From a virus: DNA of 64,000 nt. Both the position numbers and the translations under genes were made by a program. Location of the stretch: positions 42,166-106,165 of the IMG/VR virus record IMGVR_UViG_3300028042_000003, one strand, 5' to 3'. Below are positions 1 to 9,211 of the stretch, piece by piece. The number at the start of each line of letters is the position of its first letter. Positions within the stretch are counted from its first letter, which is position 1. Under the pieces are notes generated by a model that was not told where the DNA came from, did no database searches, and was given only the letters and a program-made list of their open reading frames with translations.

Positions 1-230
1 GGTTGAAAATTTGAGTTATGTATTCTCCATGTATTGGAAACTAATGTTGACGTGACATCTGAAGATAGTTGTGGGGTATCTACTAATATAGTGCACATAT
101 CTAATATTGCTTGTGGTTGCATATTATTGATATTCATTGCTACTTTTTTATTGTAAATATATAATTGAAAGTCGTCGGTGTAACACCAATCAGCATGTAA
201 CGCGTTGGTCATTATGTTATGAATGCTCAC
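1..230 (-). CDS. Partial late tail protein, possibly gp54/gp19 tail-tube-like; runs off the window edge
   Basis: Not in the ORF track. GTG at 230 with AAGGA RBS (236-240) and late promoter TATAAATA at 247-254. Reads MSIHNIMTNALHADWCYTDDFQLYIYNKK... open to position 1. Family guessed from context. Confidence 0.5.
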   Translation of the reverse strand, partial: MSIHNIMTNALHADWCYTDDFQLYIYNKKVAMNINNMQPQAILDMCTILVDTPQLSSDVTSTLVSNTWRIHNSNFQ

Positions 231-246
231 TACTATCCTTTTTTAC

Positions 247-254
247 TATTTATA
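247..254 (-). promoter_or_regulatory. T4-type late promoter TATAAATA
   Basis: TATTTATA on the + strand just upstream of the minus-strand ORF starting at 230. Confidence 0.7.
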
Positions 255-257
255 GTA

Positions 258-902
258 TCAAGTAGTGGGGGTTTCTACGTCCTTCTTTATAAGTTGGAAT
301 AATATATTTCTCTCAAACGGTAATAACTCATTTACATCTCTATTGCTGTAATGTAGAAACTTACCAAAAGAAAAATACTCGTGATAGATGCTACTAAGAG
401 AAGATTTACTCAATGAGTCTCTTGGGTTGACTGTTACTTCGATTTCACTTTGGCAGGTCTGAACTCGGCATTCTTCTTTATACATGATTGGCAATAATAT
501 TTTATTATTTGAATTCATAACATCTTGTAAATTGTTGTATTCACTAAGCGGCAGTTCGTCAGTATTGATTATAAATTCTTCTATAGTTTCAAACAAACCA
601 ATGGGTATTGATGTGTCTAACTCATCTTGAGAAAAAATAGGTATTTGAAATTCGTTTACTGCAGAACATTTTGGACATTCTACCCTAACATCCAACACAT
701 CAGAGACGGACATTTCTCTAAGTTTCAGCATTAGATATAATGCTTCTGGTTCGTTTTTTGGTGATGTGTTTGATATTATTGATAGAATTTCATATAATGT
801 GGAATCATCATCAGCAAGTAAAGTTTCCTTTTCTTGCTTTGTGTTGTATGGTTTTAGTTTTTTTACCTTGTCATGAAGATAATTCATAGGTAAGCTGAAC
901 AT
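258..902 (-). CDS. Baseplate hub assembly protein (T4 gp26/gp51-like)
   Basis: LMLKLREMSVSD...VECPKC zinc-ribbon pattern; C-terminal 'ELLPFERNILFQLI' resembles the gp51-type tail; baseplate context. Confidence 0.6.
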   Translation of the reverse strand: MFSLPMNYLHDKVKKLKPYNTKQEKETLLADDDSTLYEILSIISNTSPKNEPEALYLMLKLREMSVSDVLDVRVECPKCSAVNEFQIPIFSQDELDTSIPIGLFETIEEFIINTDELPLSEYNNLQDVMNSNNKILLPIMYKEECRVQTCQSEIEVTVNPRDSLSKSSLSSIYHEYFSFGKFLHYSNRDVNELLPFERNILFQLIKKDVETPTT

Positions 903-1673
903 TTATTTCACTAATTCTTCAAATATACCAGTCATTATGTCCACTTCTGTAGTGCCTTTTGATTTACAAGCATCACAAACATAATCCACTTCCATCTCAA
1001 ATTTTGCGTAACAATCTTTTAGTTCCGATATTAGTTCCGATACGTCCTTTAGGGGAGCATCGTCTAGGTAGTTGATAACACCAGTGATGTCTTTTTCTTC
1101 AATTTCAATTCTTGATGATAACTCAATGTCTTCGTTAGTTGTAATTCCATCATAATCTTCTGCGTTTGTTATTTCAACCACATTGGCATCATATGTTGAT
1201 TTTTTGGGAACAACAAAGTTGATTTTGTCACTAAATTTATGTGGAAGTTTTGCTGGGGTGTAGCTATATTTTGATGTGTCTGTTTTGATATGAACTAACG
1301 ATCCACATTTTTCACATTCTACATCGAAGTTTACTGTGCTACCAATCGATAATTCTTTTAGTTTCAATAATATAAGTTTTGTTTCATATTCATCAAACAA
1401 CAAATCTTCTGTGACTTGGTCGTAAATGAGCACTTCGAGAACAGCTTGAAAATCAACATCCTGAAGTCTTTCAACAAATTCAAAAACCTTTTTTGTTTTC
1501 TTTTTTGTTTTACCATTCCATGGAGAAAGTGTAACGTCGGTATTACCAACTCTAACAACACCCAAAGCATTTGGTTGTGTCATTTCTTTTGGTGTTTCTT
1601 TAGGTTTTTGTATACCTGCTTCTGATTTTCTCGCTGATTTCATTGCTTCTATTGTTTTTTCGTCTTCTGTCAT
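903..1673 (-). CDS. Baseplate hub assembly protein (T4 gp26/gp51-like)
   Basis: LLKLKELSIGS..VECEKC and YVCDAC CxxC pairs; paralog-like with the adjacent ORF. Confidence 0.6.
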   Translation of the reverse strand: MTEDEKTIEAMKSARKSEAGIQKPKETPKEMTQPNALGVVRVGNTDVTLSPWNGKTKKKTKKVFEFVERLQDVDFQAVLEVLIYDQVTEDLLFDEYETKLILLKLKELSIGSTVNFDVECEKCGSLVHIKTDTSKYSYTPAKLPHKFSDKINFVVPKKSTYDANVVEITNAEDYDGITTNEDIELSSRIEIEEKDITGVINYLDDAPLKDVSELISELKDCYAKFEMEVDYVCDACKSKGTTEVDIMTGIFEELVK

Positions 1674-1706
1674 TATTATTCCTTTTGTAATTATAACACG
1701 TTTACC

Positions 1707-2582
1707 TTAAACGGTTCTTAGTTTCCATTGTGCTTTTAGTGCCTTTGACATACGTCGTCTTTGGATGTATATGCTATTATCTAATATTTTATTATACATT
1801 TTTATTGTAAATTTCTTTGTCTTTGATGAAGTATTTCTTATAGATTTCCCAACTCTTGAAAGAACCTTTCCTTTTGTTGCTACTTCATCATATAAAATGC
1901 TACTAATTACTCCACCAACTACTCCACCAGCGATTGCTACGGGTAATGTACCAGTTAGTATCCCAGCAAAAGTACCAAGTCCAATACCAGCAGTCATAAG
2001 AGCTTCTTCTGGGTCTATACTCATTATAGCATCTATCCCCGAATCGATAGTATCTGAATTTGCTTCAGCTGTAGACCCACCTAAAGCAGCACCTAAAGCA
2101 GCACCAAGTGGCCCTCCTAATAACATACCAAACATTCCTCCACCTAGAGCACCAATCACACCAGCTCTAGACTCGTTCTGAACACTAGATTCTTTTATAA
2201 TGAGTTTTGGGTCAAGTTTAGCAAAAACAACACCAGCCATCGCATCACAAACATTATAGTAATCTTCTTTGAGAATCTTTTCTATTTCATTCCCTTGGTG
2301 TGGTAACATCAACTGGTGCTCCATAGATTTTATAAGACCTGATATGTTTTTTTGAAGTATCTTATTTTCACCAAGACTTTGGTATTTTTTGATAGATTCT
2401 AGTAAATTGGTATCTAACAATTTTATACTTTTCTTGAATATTTTTTGATCATCTTTAGCTACATATTTGGTGAGTTTACCTAAATTTTTTATAATTGTTT
2501 TTCGTTCTTTGATTATTTTATCAATACCGCTAGCATTAGCTTCATTCATATAACCAGTAAAACCATTGAAACTTCTTTCCAT
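1707..2582 (-). CDS. Late protein with glycine-zipper hydrophobic segments; putative virion/internal protein
   Basis: GVIGALGGGMFGMLLGGPLGAALGAALGG and GIGLGTFAGILTG..IAGGVVGGVI; basic C-terminus; late promoter at 2613-2620. Confidence 0.5.
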   Translation of the reverse strand: MERSFNGFTGYMNEANASGIDKIIKERKTIIKNLGKLTKYVAKDDQKIFKKSIKLLDTNLLESIKKYQSLGENKILQKNISGLIKSMEHQLMLPHQGNEIEKILKEDYYNVCDAMAGVVFAKLDPKLIIKESSVQNESRAGVIGALGGGMFGMLLGGPLGAALGAALGGSTAEANSDTIDSGIDAIMSIDPEEALMTAGIGLGTFAGILTGTLPVAIAGGVVGGVISSILYDEVATKGKVLSRVGKSIRNTSSKTKKFTIKMYNKILDNSIYIQRRRMSKALKAQWKLRTV

Positions 2583-2594
2583 TTTGTAATCCTT

Positions 2595-2620
2595 TATAAA
2601 TACAATATAACATATTTATA
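2595..2620. promoter_or_regulatory. Face-to-face pair of T4-type late promoters: + at 2595-2602, - at 2613-2620
   Basis: TATAAATA on + and TATTTATA on +, in the 60-bp gap between divergent late genes. Confidence 0.7.
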
Positions 2621-2642
2621 TAAAAAATAGAAGGAGTAACTT

Positions 2643-5600
2643 TTGGCAGGAATAGGAAAACAACTAGCTGGTGCGTACAAATCAATGAGAGAATCTGAGT
2701 ACCAAAAAGCAGAAGAAGATAAACTCTTAGGCAAACTTGGTGAAAAGAAATTACCGAAAACGGTACAACAAAGACAAAGACAATCTAGATGGGAAACAAA
2801 AGAATCAATAAAGGAAGTAAAAAACTCATTTGGTGATATAAACTTCCAAACTTTTTATGTAAATGCAGAAACTGGTGCAGAACGAGATAAACTAAAGCGT
2901 TTAAATGATGTGAATATCAATCTTGCTGAAGAAATAAATAAATCACTAGCTGAAATTGCGGATAATACTAAAGTATCAACCAAACAAAATACACAAATAA
3001 ATAAATCAAATAAAGACCAAAAAAAGCTAAACAAAAATTTAGAAACAATTATAAAGAATGCTGGGTGGGGAATAAATGGTTCATCGGGTAGAAAGGGCAA
3101 AAAAGGTAAAGCTGGAATTGCTGGTAGTATTGAAAAAATGATACACCACGCTGGACAGGTGGGTAAAGACGGAGCTCTTGGTGGAATGAATTGGATATCC
3201 GCAATGATTCTAAAATGGAAATTAGTATTTGCTCCTTTACTTCATGTAGGTGCTGCGGCTCTAAAAACTCTAGGTAAAACATTCTTATTCTTTGCTAAAA
3301 CTCCATTCAACATAGTTTATTCTGGTTGGAAGTTTGTTGTTGGTATAGGCTCACTGGGAAAAGCAGCGGTTGGTGGTTTGCTGGGATTAGCATCTATGTT
3401 AGGGAAACCTGGATTTGGTAAAGCATTATTAGGTTTTGTGAAAAGCCCCCTTAAATTTTTGGGTAGTTTGATGACTGGAAAAGTTAGTAAGTGGTCTGCA
3501 TTATTGATACTACCAGCAGCAAGAGCATTTGCGAACCTTTTGGGTGTGAAAGATGATCAAATCAAAGAGGTTATAATGTTCTTTAGAGATAATGTTCTCG
3601 GTGCAGCAGGTGATGCGTGGAATGGTATAACCCAATGGTGGTCAACTTACGCATCAAAGGTATCATGGGAAACTTTTGGTAACGAAGCACAACTGTTCTT
3701 TTCAGAGCTCAAAAAAGATCCACTCAAAGCTGTTTTTGGTGGTGCTGGTAAGTTATTTAAGGTATTAGCAAATATGACTGTTGATTTACTAAAAGTCGTA
3801 AAACAAGCAACATGGAATGATATACTAAAGCCAATCTTAATGAATGCTTTGGATTTCAATTTTGGGCCAACCGGAACAAATCTAGCTGAACTAATGATGG
3901 GAAAAGAAGACTTCAAAAAGTATAGCAAAACAAACTTTACACAAAGACACGTAGAAGATATGTTATTTCATGATTATGTGGCTGCGTTCAATATAGATTA
4001 TGATCTATGGAAAACAGCAGATTTAGCCCTAAAATCACATCCAGCCCCCGATCGAGCAAAAAGAGCTAGAGATCTAAAAAACAGATCTAAAAAATCTATG
4101 AGAAAGAATTTAAATTTAGCAATCAAACAATATAAAAAAACTTCACATGGTAGAAGAGCTGGGAGCTCCGGAACAAATACTATAAAAATACTAGAGCAAA
4201 TACTAGATATGGTGGAAAATAATACTCAAGCGTTAGCCACCTATACCGGCAATAATATAAATTATGTCACTAACGAAGGTAACCGAATGCACCGTTTAGC
4301 AAAAGAACGAGGAAACTCTTCAAGGTTGGATATGGGTACTGTGGCTAGACAATTAGATCAAAAAGCATATGATGTAGCTCTAGCAAAGAGAAAGAAAGAA
4401 GTAGATGCTTGGAAAGAAATATGGAAAAAAGAGAATTTGCTAATTAGTAAAATAAAAGCTCTAATGAACGCAACAGCTGAAGGCACCATTACTCCAGCCG
4501 GTGAAATACTATTAAAAAATCTTAGAGCTGAATTCAATAAAAGAACTGGAAGAACATGGTTATCACAAGACGAATATAAAGTAGAGAGAAAGGCTGTGGG
4601 TGCCTTTACACTTTTTGGAGAAGCGCTTATTTCTACGCGTAGCAATTCAAAAATTGATAACTCTATACTAAATACCGCAACAAACAAATATAATGAATTC
4701 AAAAAATCAGTAGATATAGATTATGCTTCACATTTAGGTAAGGCTAAAACAGCTATGGGCGCAATAACATCAATGGGCGTAAAAGACTTTGATGGTGGTA
4801 AAGGTGCTGTTCAGATAGTTACTCTAAATGGGAAAAATGGGGTAAAATATCCAGATGGATCCGTAAAATTAGGCGGACATAGAAATTGGAGAAATAACAA
4901 CCCAGGAAATTTAAAGTATGGAAGTTTCGCTAAATCACATGGAGCAGTAGGTTCAGATGGTGTATTTGCTATATGGACTTCACTAAAAGATGGATATAAA
5001 GCTCAAGCTGATTTACTTCAAAGTAGAAATTATAAAAATCTTACTTTACAACAAGCGATTCATAGATATGCGCCAAATAGCGAAAATGATACACAAGCTT
5101 ATATCAATTATTTGGTAAATAATACTGGAGTATCTCCTTATAAAGTAATGAGAACGTTTAGCGCGGCTGAAATGATGAATCTTGTAAAATGGATGTCTAA
5201 AAAGGAAGGTATGAAACCCGGAACTGTGCTAAATTCTAAACAAGCAGCATCAAAGAATCTTCAAATTGTTTCTGGATTGATGGGCGCTGTGAACCAAGCT
5301 AAAGATTACCTAAAAACTGGTACAGCTATGGCTTCAGGAAGTTCCATGAAATTGGCGGTAATGAAATTATTTGCGGGAACTGGCTTTTTGGCGGCTACAG
5401 CCAAAGCATTTGGTGGTACATGGTCTGGTATGTCCTCTGGTGTATCTGCTCAAGTTGGTAAAGATTGGGGTGGGTCTGGTTCTGTTGGTATAGCAAGAGC
5501 GATGGTAGGTAATGTAGGATATTCATGGGGTGGAAAAGGAAATGACGCTGGGTTGGATTGTTCAGGGTTTGTTCAAAAGGTTATGAAACAAGCGGGAATA

Positions 5601-6173
5601 CAAGATTTTCCAGGAGGCACCAAAACCCAATTGACTTATTTATTAAAAGCCGTAAGAGAAGGCAGGGCAGATGTTATCACTAACATTTCAGATCTAAAGG
5701 GTGGTGATATTATAATGTTTGATGGACACGTTGGGATAATGGGATCAAATAATACCTTGATACACTCATCGGGTGGAGAAGATTGTACTGGTCCAGCTGC
5801 TGCTGGTAAACCCGGATGTAGGGGAGTAATAGAAGTTCCAAGTGGACCTTATCTTTCAAAACGTTCACCAGTTGGGATGTTTAGGATGAAAGGTGTTACC
5901 ACTAGAGCCAATTCGAATACTACACAAAATTCTGTAGCCGCTACAATGGCTCTTATGGGATCAACAATAACAAAACCAATAGGATCAATGTATATCCCAG
6001 AACTAGGTGGTATTATCCCAAATGGTTCTTTGGAAATGCAAGTTATTCAAAATAGAAATCAAGTAATAGAGAGACAACTGGCGGCACTAAATAGTAATGT
6101 AGCTACCGTTATGAAAAAAACAAATATACCACAAAACGATAACCTAACTGGCATTATCGACATACCACAATAA
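2643..6173 (+). CDS. Tape-measure-like tail protein with C-terminal lysozyme-like and NlpC/P60 peptidoglycan hydrolase domains
   Basis: TTG start with AAGGAG RBS; helical/hydrophobic N-half; RNWRNNNPGNLKYG motif; GYSWGGKG..GLDCSGFVQKV...GHVGIM NlpC/P60 Cys-His motif. Confidence 0.75.
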   Translation: MAGIGKQLAGAYKSMRESEYQKAEEDKLLGKLGEKKLPKTVQQRQRQSRWETKESIKEVKNSFGDINFQTFYVNAETGAERDKLKRLNDVNINLAEEINKSLAEIADNTKVSTKQNTQINKSNKDQKKLNKNLETIIKNAGWGINGSSGRKGKKGKAGIAGSIEKMIHHAGQVGKDGALGGMNWISAMILKWKLVFAPLLHVGAAALKTLGKTFLFFAKTPFNIVYSGWKFVVGIGSLGKAAVGGLLGLASMLGKPGFGKALLGFVKSPLKFLGSLMTGKVSKWSALLILPAARAFANLLGVKDDQIKEVIMFFRDNVLGAAGDAWNGITQWWSTYASKVSWETFGNEAQLFFSELKKDPLKAVFGGAGKLFKVLANMTVDLLKVVKQATWNDILKPILMNALDFNFGPTGTNLAELMMGKEDFKKYSKTNFTQRHVEDMLFHDYVAAFNIDYDLWKTADLALKSHPAPDRAKRARDLKNRSKKSMRKNLNLAIKQYKKTSHGRRAGSSGTNTIKILEQILDMVENNTQALATYTGNNINYVTNEGNRMHRLAKERGNSSRLDMGTVARQLDQKAYDVALAKRKKEVDAWKEIWKKENLLISKIKALMNATAEGTITPAGEILLKNLRAEFNKRTGRTWLSQDEYKVERKAVGAFTLFGEALISTRSNSKIDNSILNTATNKYNEFKKSVDIDYASHLGKAKTAMGAITSMGVKDFDGGKGAVQIVTLNGKNGVKYPDGSVKLGGHRNWRNNNPGNLKYGSFAKSHGAVGSDGVFAIWTSLKDGYKAQADLLQSRNYKNLTLQQAIHRYAPNSENDTQAYINYLVNNTGVSPYKVMRTFSAAEMMNLVKWMSKKEGMKPGTVLNSKQAASKNLQIVSGLMGAVNQAKDYLKTGTAMASGSSMKLAVMKLFAGTGFLAATAKAFGGTWSGMSSGVSAQVGKDWGGSGSVGIARAMVGNVGYSWGGKGNDAGLDCSGFVQKVMKQAGIQDFPGGTKTQLTYLLKAVREGRADVITNISDLKGGDIIMFDGHVGIMGSNNTLIHSSGGEDCTGPAAAGKPGCRGVIEVPSGPYLSKRSPVGMFRMKGVTTRANSNTTQNSVAATMALMGSTITKPIGSMYIPELGGIIPNGSLEMQVIQNRNQVIERQLAALNSNVATVMKKTNIPQNDNLTGIIDIPQ

Positions 6174-6183
6174 AGGAATAAAA

Positions 6184-7539
6184 ATGGCAAAAAATGGAAT
6201 AGAACTATTCAATAGAGGTACACAAGGTTTAAACAAAGTAGTATCTGGAGCCCTTGAAAAACCAAAGGCGACACTAAAATATCCTCATGGATCATACCCA
6301 GCAGCTAAATACGTTGAAATATCTGTTTATTCTGGTGATCTTGCGGCAAGTATTCAAGGAATAACTGATGGAGTTTCCCAAATACAAGGGGCCCTTCAAG
6401 ATAAACTTGGCGAAATAGGTGGTGCTGTCATTAGTGGTAATGCTGCTAGTGTTGGATCCGCAGTATCAAATAGTGGTTCGGCAGCTATGGCACTTGGAAA
6501 TGGAATTGTTTCAATTATTGGTGGAGCAGCTTCAAGCTTTCAACAAACGGTTGGTGCGTTAGGTACTGGACATTTAGGGAACGGTAGTGTGGCAAATCAT
6601 GCTAAGACTATTGTTACTAGTATGTTTTTACCATTACCAAATGAAATACAAGAATCAATGAGTCACAGTTATGATGAAGAAGCTGGATGGTTTGGTACTG
6701 TAAAGCCTCATATACCCGGTGTAACAAAAGGGATAGATACCGTAGTAGATATGGCATCAATTATTTCAAAAATGTCTGGATCTAGAAGTATAACTTTTGA
6801 CAGAAATAGAGTTTCTATGTACACAGAATCGGCTTTTAGAAGTGTGAACCTATCTTGGAATTTAGTTCCAAACGACGCTGCAGAATCAAAAGCCATTCAT
6901 GATATTGTAAAAACACTAAAAAAATATTCTAGTCCAGCATCAGTATCTGGGAAAATACTTTTGAAAAGTCCACATTTCTTTAGGGTAAAATTTGGAAATA
7001 AACTTATGGACGAAGCTTTACAATTTTACGAAGTAGTTATAACAGATATAGGCATAGATTACTCACCTGGTGGTGGTATGGAAATGAATTACGATGATAC
7101 CCCTAAAACAGTTTCTTTATCAATTACATTCAAAGATAGAGAACCAAAACTTATGGAAGATTGGAGTAAGGCACCACCTAGAGCTAGTACTGGTTCTACA
7201 CCAAGTTGTACGAGTGGTTCCGCAACAACTGGCGCAACTGGACCTGGCAGTTCGGTGTCAACTCAAACAGCTGGGGCAGGTGGAGGAGCAAACTCCGCAG
7301 CTAATACTGGTATACCACAAGCTCCAGAACCAGAGATGTTGGATGAAGATTGGAGAAATGGAACCATTGATGCTGATGATATATCAGTTGATTGGGGAAA
7401 ATCAACAGTTGATGCGCCCAACACGCAAAATCAAGAAGGCCCTAGTGTAATAAATACTATAACAAAATCGCCAATAGATTTATCAGATAAACTACCAGCA
7501 GAGTCACCATACGCTGGTGATTTCAATTCATTCGCATAA
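6184..7539 (+). CDS. Baseplate tail-tube cap (T4 gp48-like)
   Basis: MFLPLPNEIQESMSHSY..., FRSVNLSWNLVPNDAAESKAIHDIVKTLKKY..P, VITDIGIDYSP motifs typical of the gp48 family. Confidence 0.75.
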   Translation: MAKNGIELFNRGTQGLNKVVSGALEKPKATLKYPHGSYPAAKYVEISVYSGDLAASIQGITDGVSQIQGALQDKLGEIGGAVISGNAASVGSAVSNSGSAAMALGNGIVSIIGGAASSFQQTVGALGTGHLGNGSVANHAKTIVTSMFLPLPNEIQESMSHSYDEEAGWFGTVKPHIPGVTKGIDTVVDMASIISKMSGSRSITFDRNRVSMYTESAFRSVNLSWNLVPNDAAESKAIHDIVKTLKKYSSPASVSGKILLKSPHFFRVKFGNKLMDEALQFYEVVITDIGIDYSPGGGMEMNYDDTPKTVSLSITFKDREPKLMEDWSKAPPRASTGSTPSCTSGSATTGATGPGSSVSTQTAGAGGGANSAANTGIPQAPEPEMLDEDWRNGTIDADDISVDWGKSTVDAPNTQNQEGPSVINTITKSPIDLSDKLPAESPYAGDFNSFA

Positions 7540-7549
7540 AGGAATAAAA

Positions 7550-8047
7550 ATGAAACAAACAATATACGACTTCGAACCAATAATAAACCAATTGGAAAAC
7601 GACAGAAAAGGCGAAATATATAAAGTAAGAGATTATTTTGAATTTTATCATACTGGTATCGAACAGTTACCTTTTACTAACGAAAGTTTATACTTTGCCA
7701 CCAATAGGTTCATGAATGAACGTTCTGAGGTAATAACAAACGCATTCTTTGAAGATCCAAATCTTAGTGATATTGTCCTAGCATTGAATAATGATGTATA
7801 TCTTTGGGATGCTCCTTTTGATAACGCAACACAAGAAATGATTGCTAATAACCAAATAGCAAATATTGAAGAAACACAAAAACAGGTTCTCTCGCCAGAA
7901 CAGAAAAAGTATTATCTAAGAAAAATAAACAAATCACTTGACGAACAAAATACTAAGCAAAGCATCATTGTATTGCCCAAATTTAAAAACCTAGCTAGAG
8001 TTCAGCGCCTAATGAAAAAGTATCTAAATAGTAGAAGGGTTTACTAA
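7550..8047 (+). CDS. Baseplate wedge protein (T4 gp53-like)
   Basis: Start reassigned to the ATG at 7550 (AAGGA RBS); ERSEVITNAFFEDPNLSDIVLALNND..WDAP LysM-like gp53 pattern. Confidence 0.65.
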   Translation: MKQTIYDFEPIINQLENDRKGEIYKVRDYFEFYHTGIEQLPFTNESLYFATNRFMNERSEVITNAFFEDPNLSDIVLALNNDVYLWDAPFDNATQEMIANNQIANIEETQKQVLSPEQKKYYLRKINKSLDEQNTKQSIIVLPKFKNLARVQRLMKKYLNSRRVY

Positions 8048-9189
8048 TGAGTTTAGGAGTCAACAAAAAATTATCAGAAGCTTGGGCTTGTAGAGATTAT
8101 TTTGTGGAGTATAATAATTGTGAGTTAGAAGAATCAGCTTTTGTTGATTTTGAAGCAGTTTATGGTGGTTCCAAGGTTCAAGCTAGTTTCATATTTTTGG
8201 ATAATGAGGGTTTTACATCCACTCTAAATGGATCTGGAGCAAACCCAACCGAAGGCGGAATCCTAAAAGTGGGGTATACTGATTGCTTAGGTTGTTCAAT
8301 TGATAACGAATTTTATATTTCCAAAATGACTCAACAAACGGATAAGAAAGACCAAAAACTAGTTCATTTGGAATTAGTAGATATGGCATCAAGGCGTATG
8401 GAAGGAACATTCAAGGGTAAGGGATACCCAGACACTAAATTCAATGATGCCATAAAACAACATCTTCAAACAATAAATGTGGATGGAATAACGGTTATTC
8501 CAAAAAAAGTAGAACAAAAAATAAACATGGTTGTGTCACAAGGTAAAAACTTTTTTGAGACACTCCAAGAAACATCATTAGAAAAGGGATATAAAGTAAT
8601 TGTTGACCGTGCTGCTTCGTATATAGCACCAAAAGAGGTCTTGAGTTTTGATGTTCTAAAAAATGATGGTGAAGTTTTCATATTTGATACAACTGATATT
8701 GCGGCAAACCGTATTGTACAATTCCAAGTAGGTGGGTTTAATAGTGATGTTTTATTACAAAATGTAAAATCGGAAGTTCACTCAGATCAAGACCAAACAG
8801 TGAACTCCAAAGACTCAAAAGATGGTATCAAACAAACAACCATAAAAGAAAAGGCTAAAGAATCAAAGAACGACAAAAATATAACTTCTGGCACTAAAGT
8901 ATCGGAAGGCATACACCAAGTAGGAACAAAATTGATTCTTAAACCTAACGAAGAAAAGAAATACTTCAATAGTCTAAAAGGCGCCCAAACTATGAGAATT
9001 TGGGTTCCGGGTAGAAACATAAATAGGATAGGTGTAAAGTGTGAAGTTAATCTACCAAGACCAAAGTTTTATTCAGGTAATGAATATGATAAGGTATTTA
9101 GTGGAGAATGGGAAACTTATTATGTAAGAGATAAGATAATTGGTTGGTACTTTATGCAAGAATTATATCTCAGAAGACCAGGAAAATAA
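8047..9189 (+). CDS. Baseplate hub protein (T4 gp27-like)
   Basis: Lies between gp53-like and gp5-like genes; C-terminal IWVPG..IGVKCEVNLP...FSGEW...VRDKI pattern. Confidence 0.55.
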   Translation: MSLGVNKKLSEAWACRDYFVEYNNCELEESAFVDFEAVYGGSKVQASFIFLDNEGFTSTLNGSGANPTEGGILKVGYTDCLGCSIDNEFYISKMTQQTDKKDQKLVHLELVDMASRRMEGTFKGKGYPDTKFNDAIKQHLQTINVDGITVIPKKVEQKINMVVSQGKNFFETLQETSLEKGYKVIVDRAASYIAPKEVLSFDVLKNDGEVFIFDTTDIAANRIVQFQVGGFNSDVLLQNVKSEVHSDQDQTVNSKDSKDGIKQTTIKEKAKESKNDKNITSGTKVSEGIHQVGTKLILKPNEEKKYFNSLKGAQTMRIWVPGRNINRIGVKCEVNLPRPKFYSGNEYDKVFSGEWETYYVRDKIIGWYFMQELYLRRPGK

Positions 9190-9211
9190 AAAGGAAAGTA
9201 AAGGAACGTAA

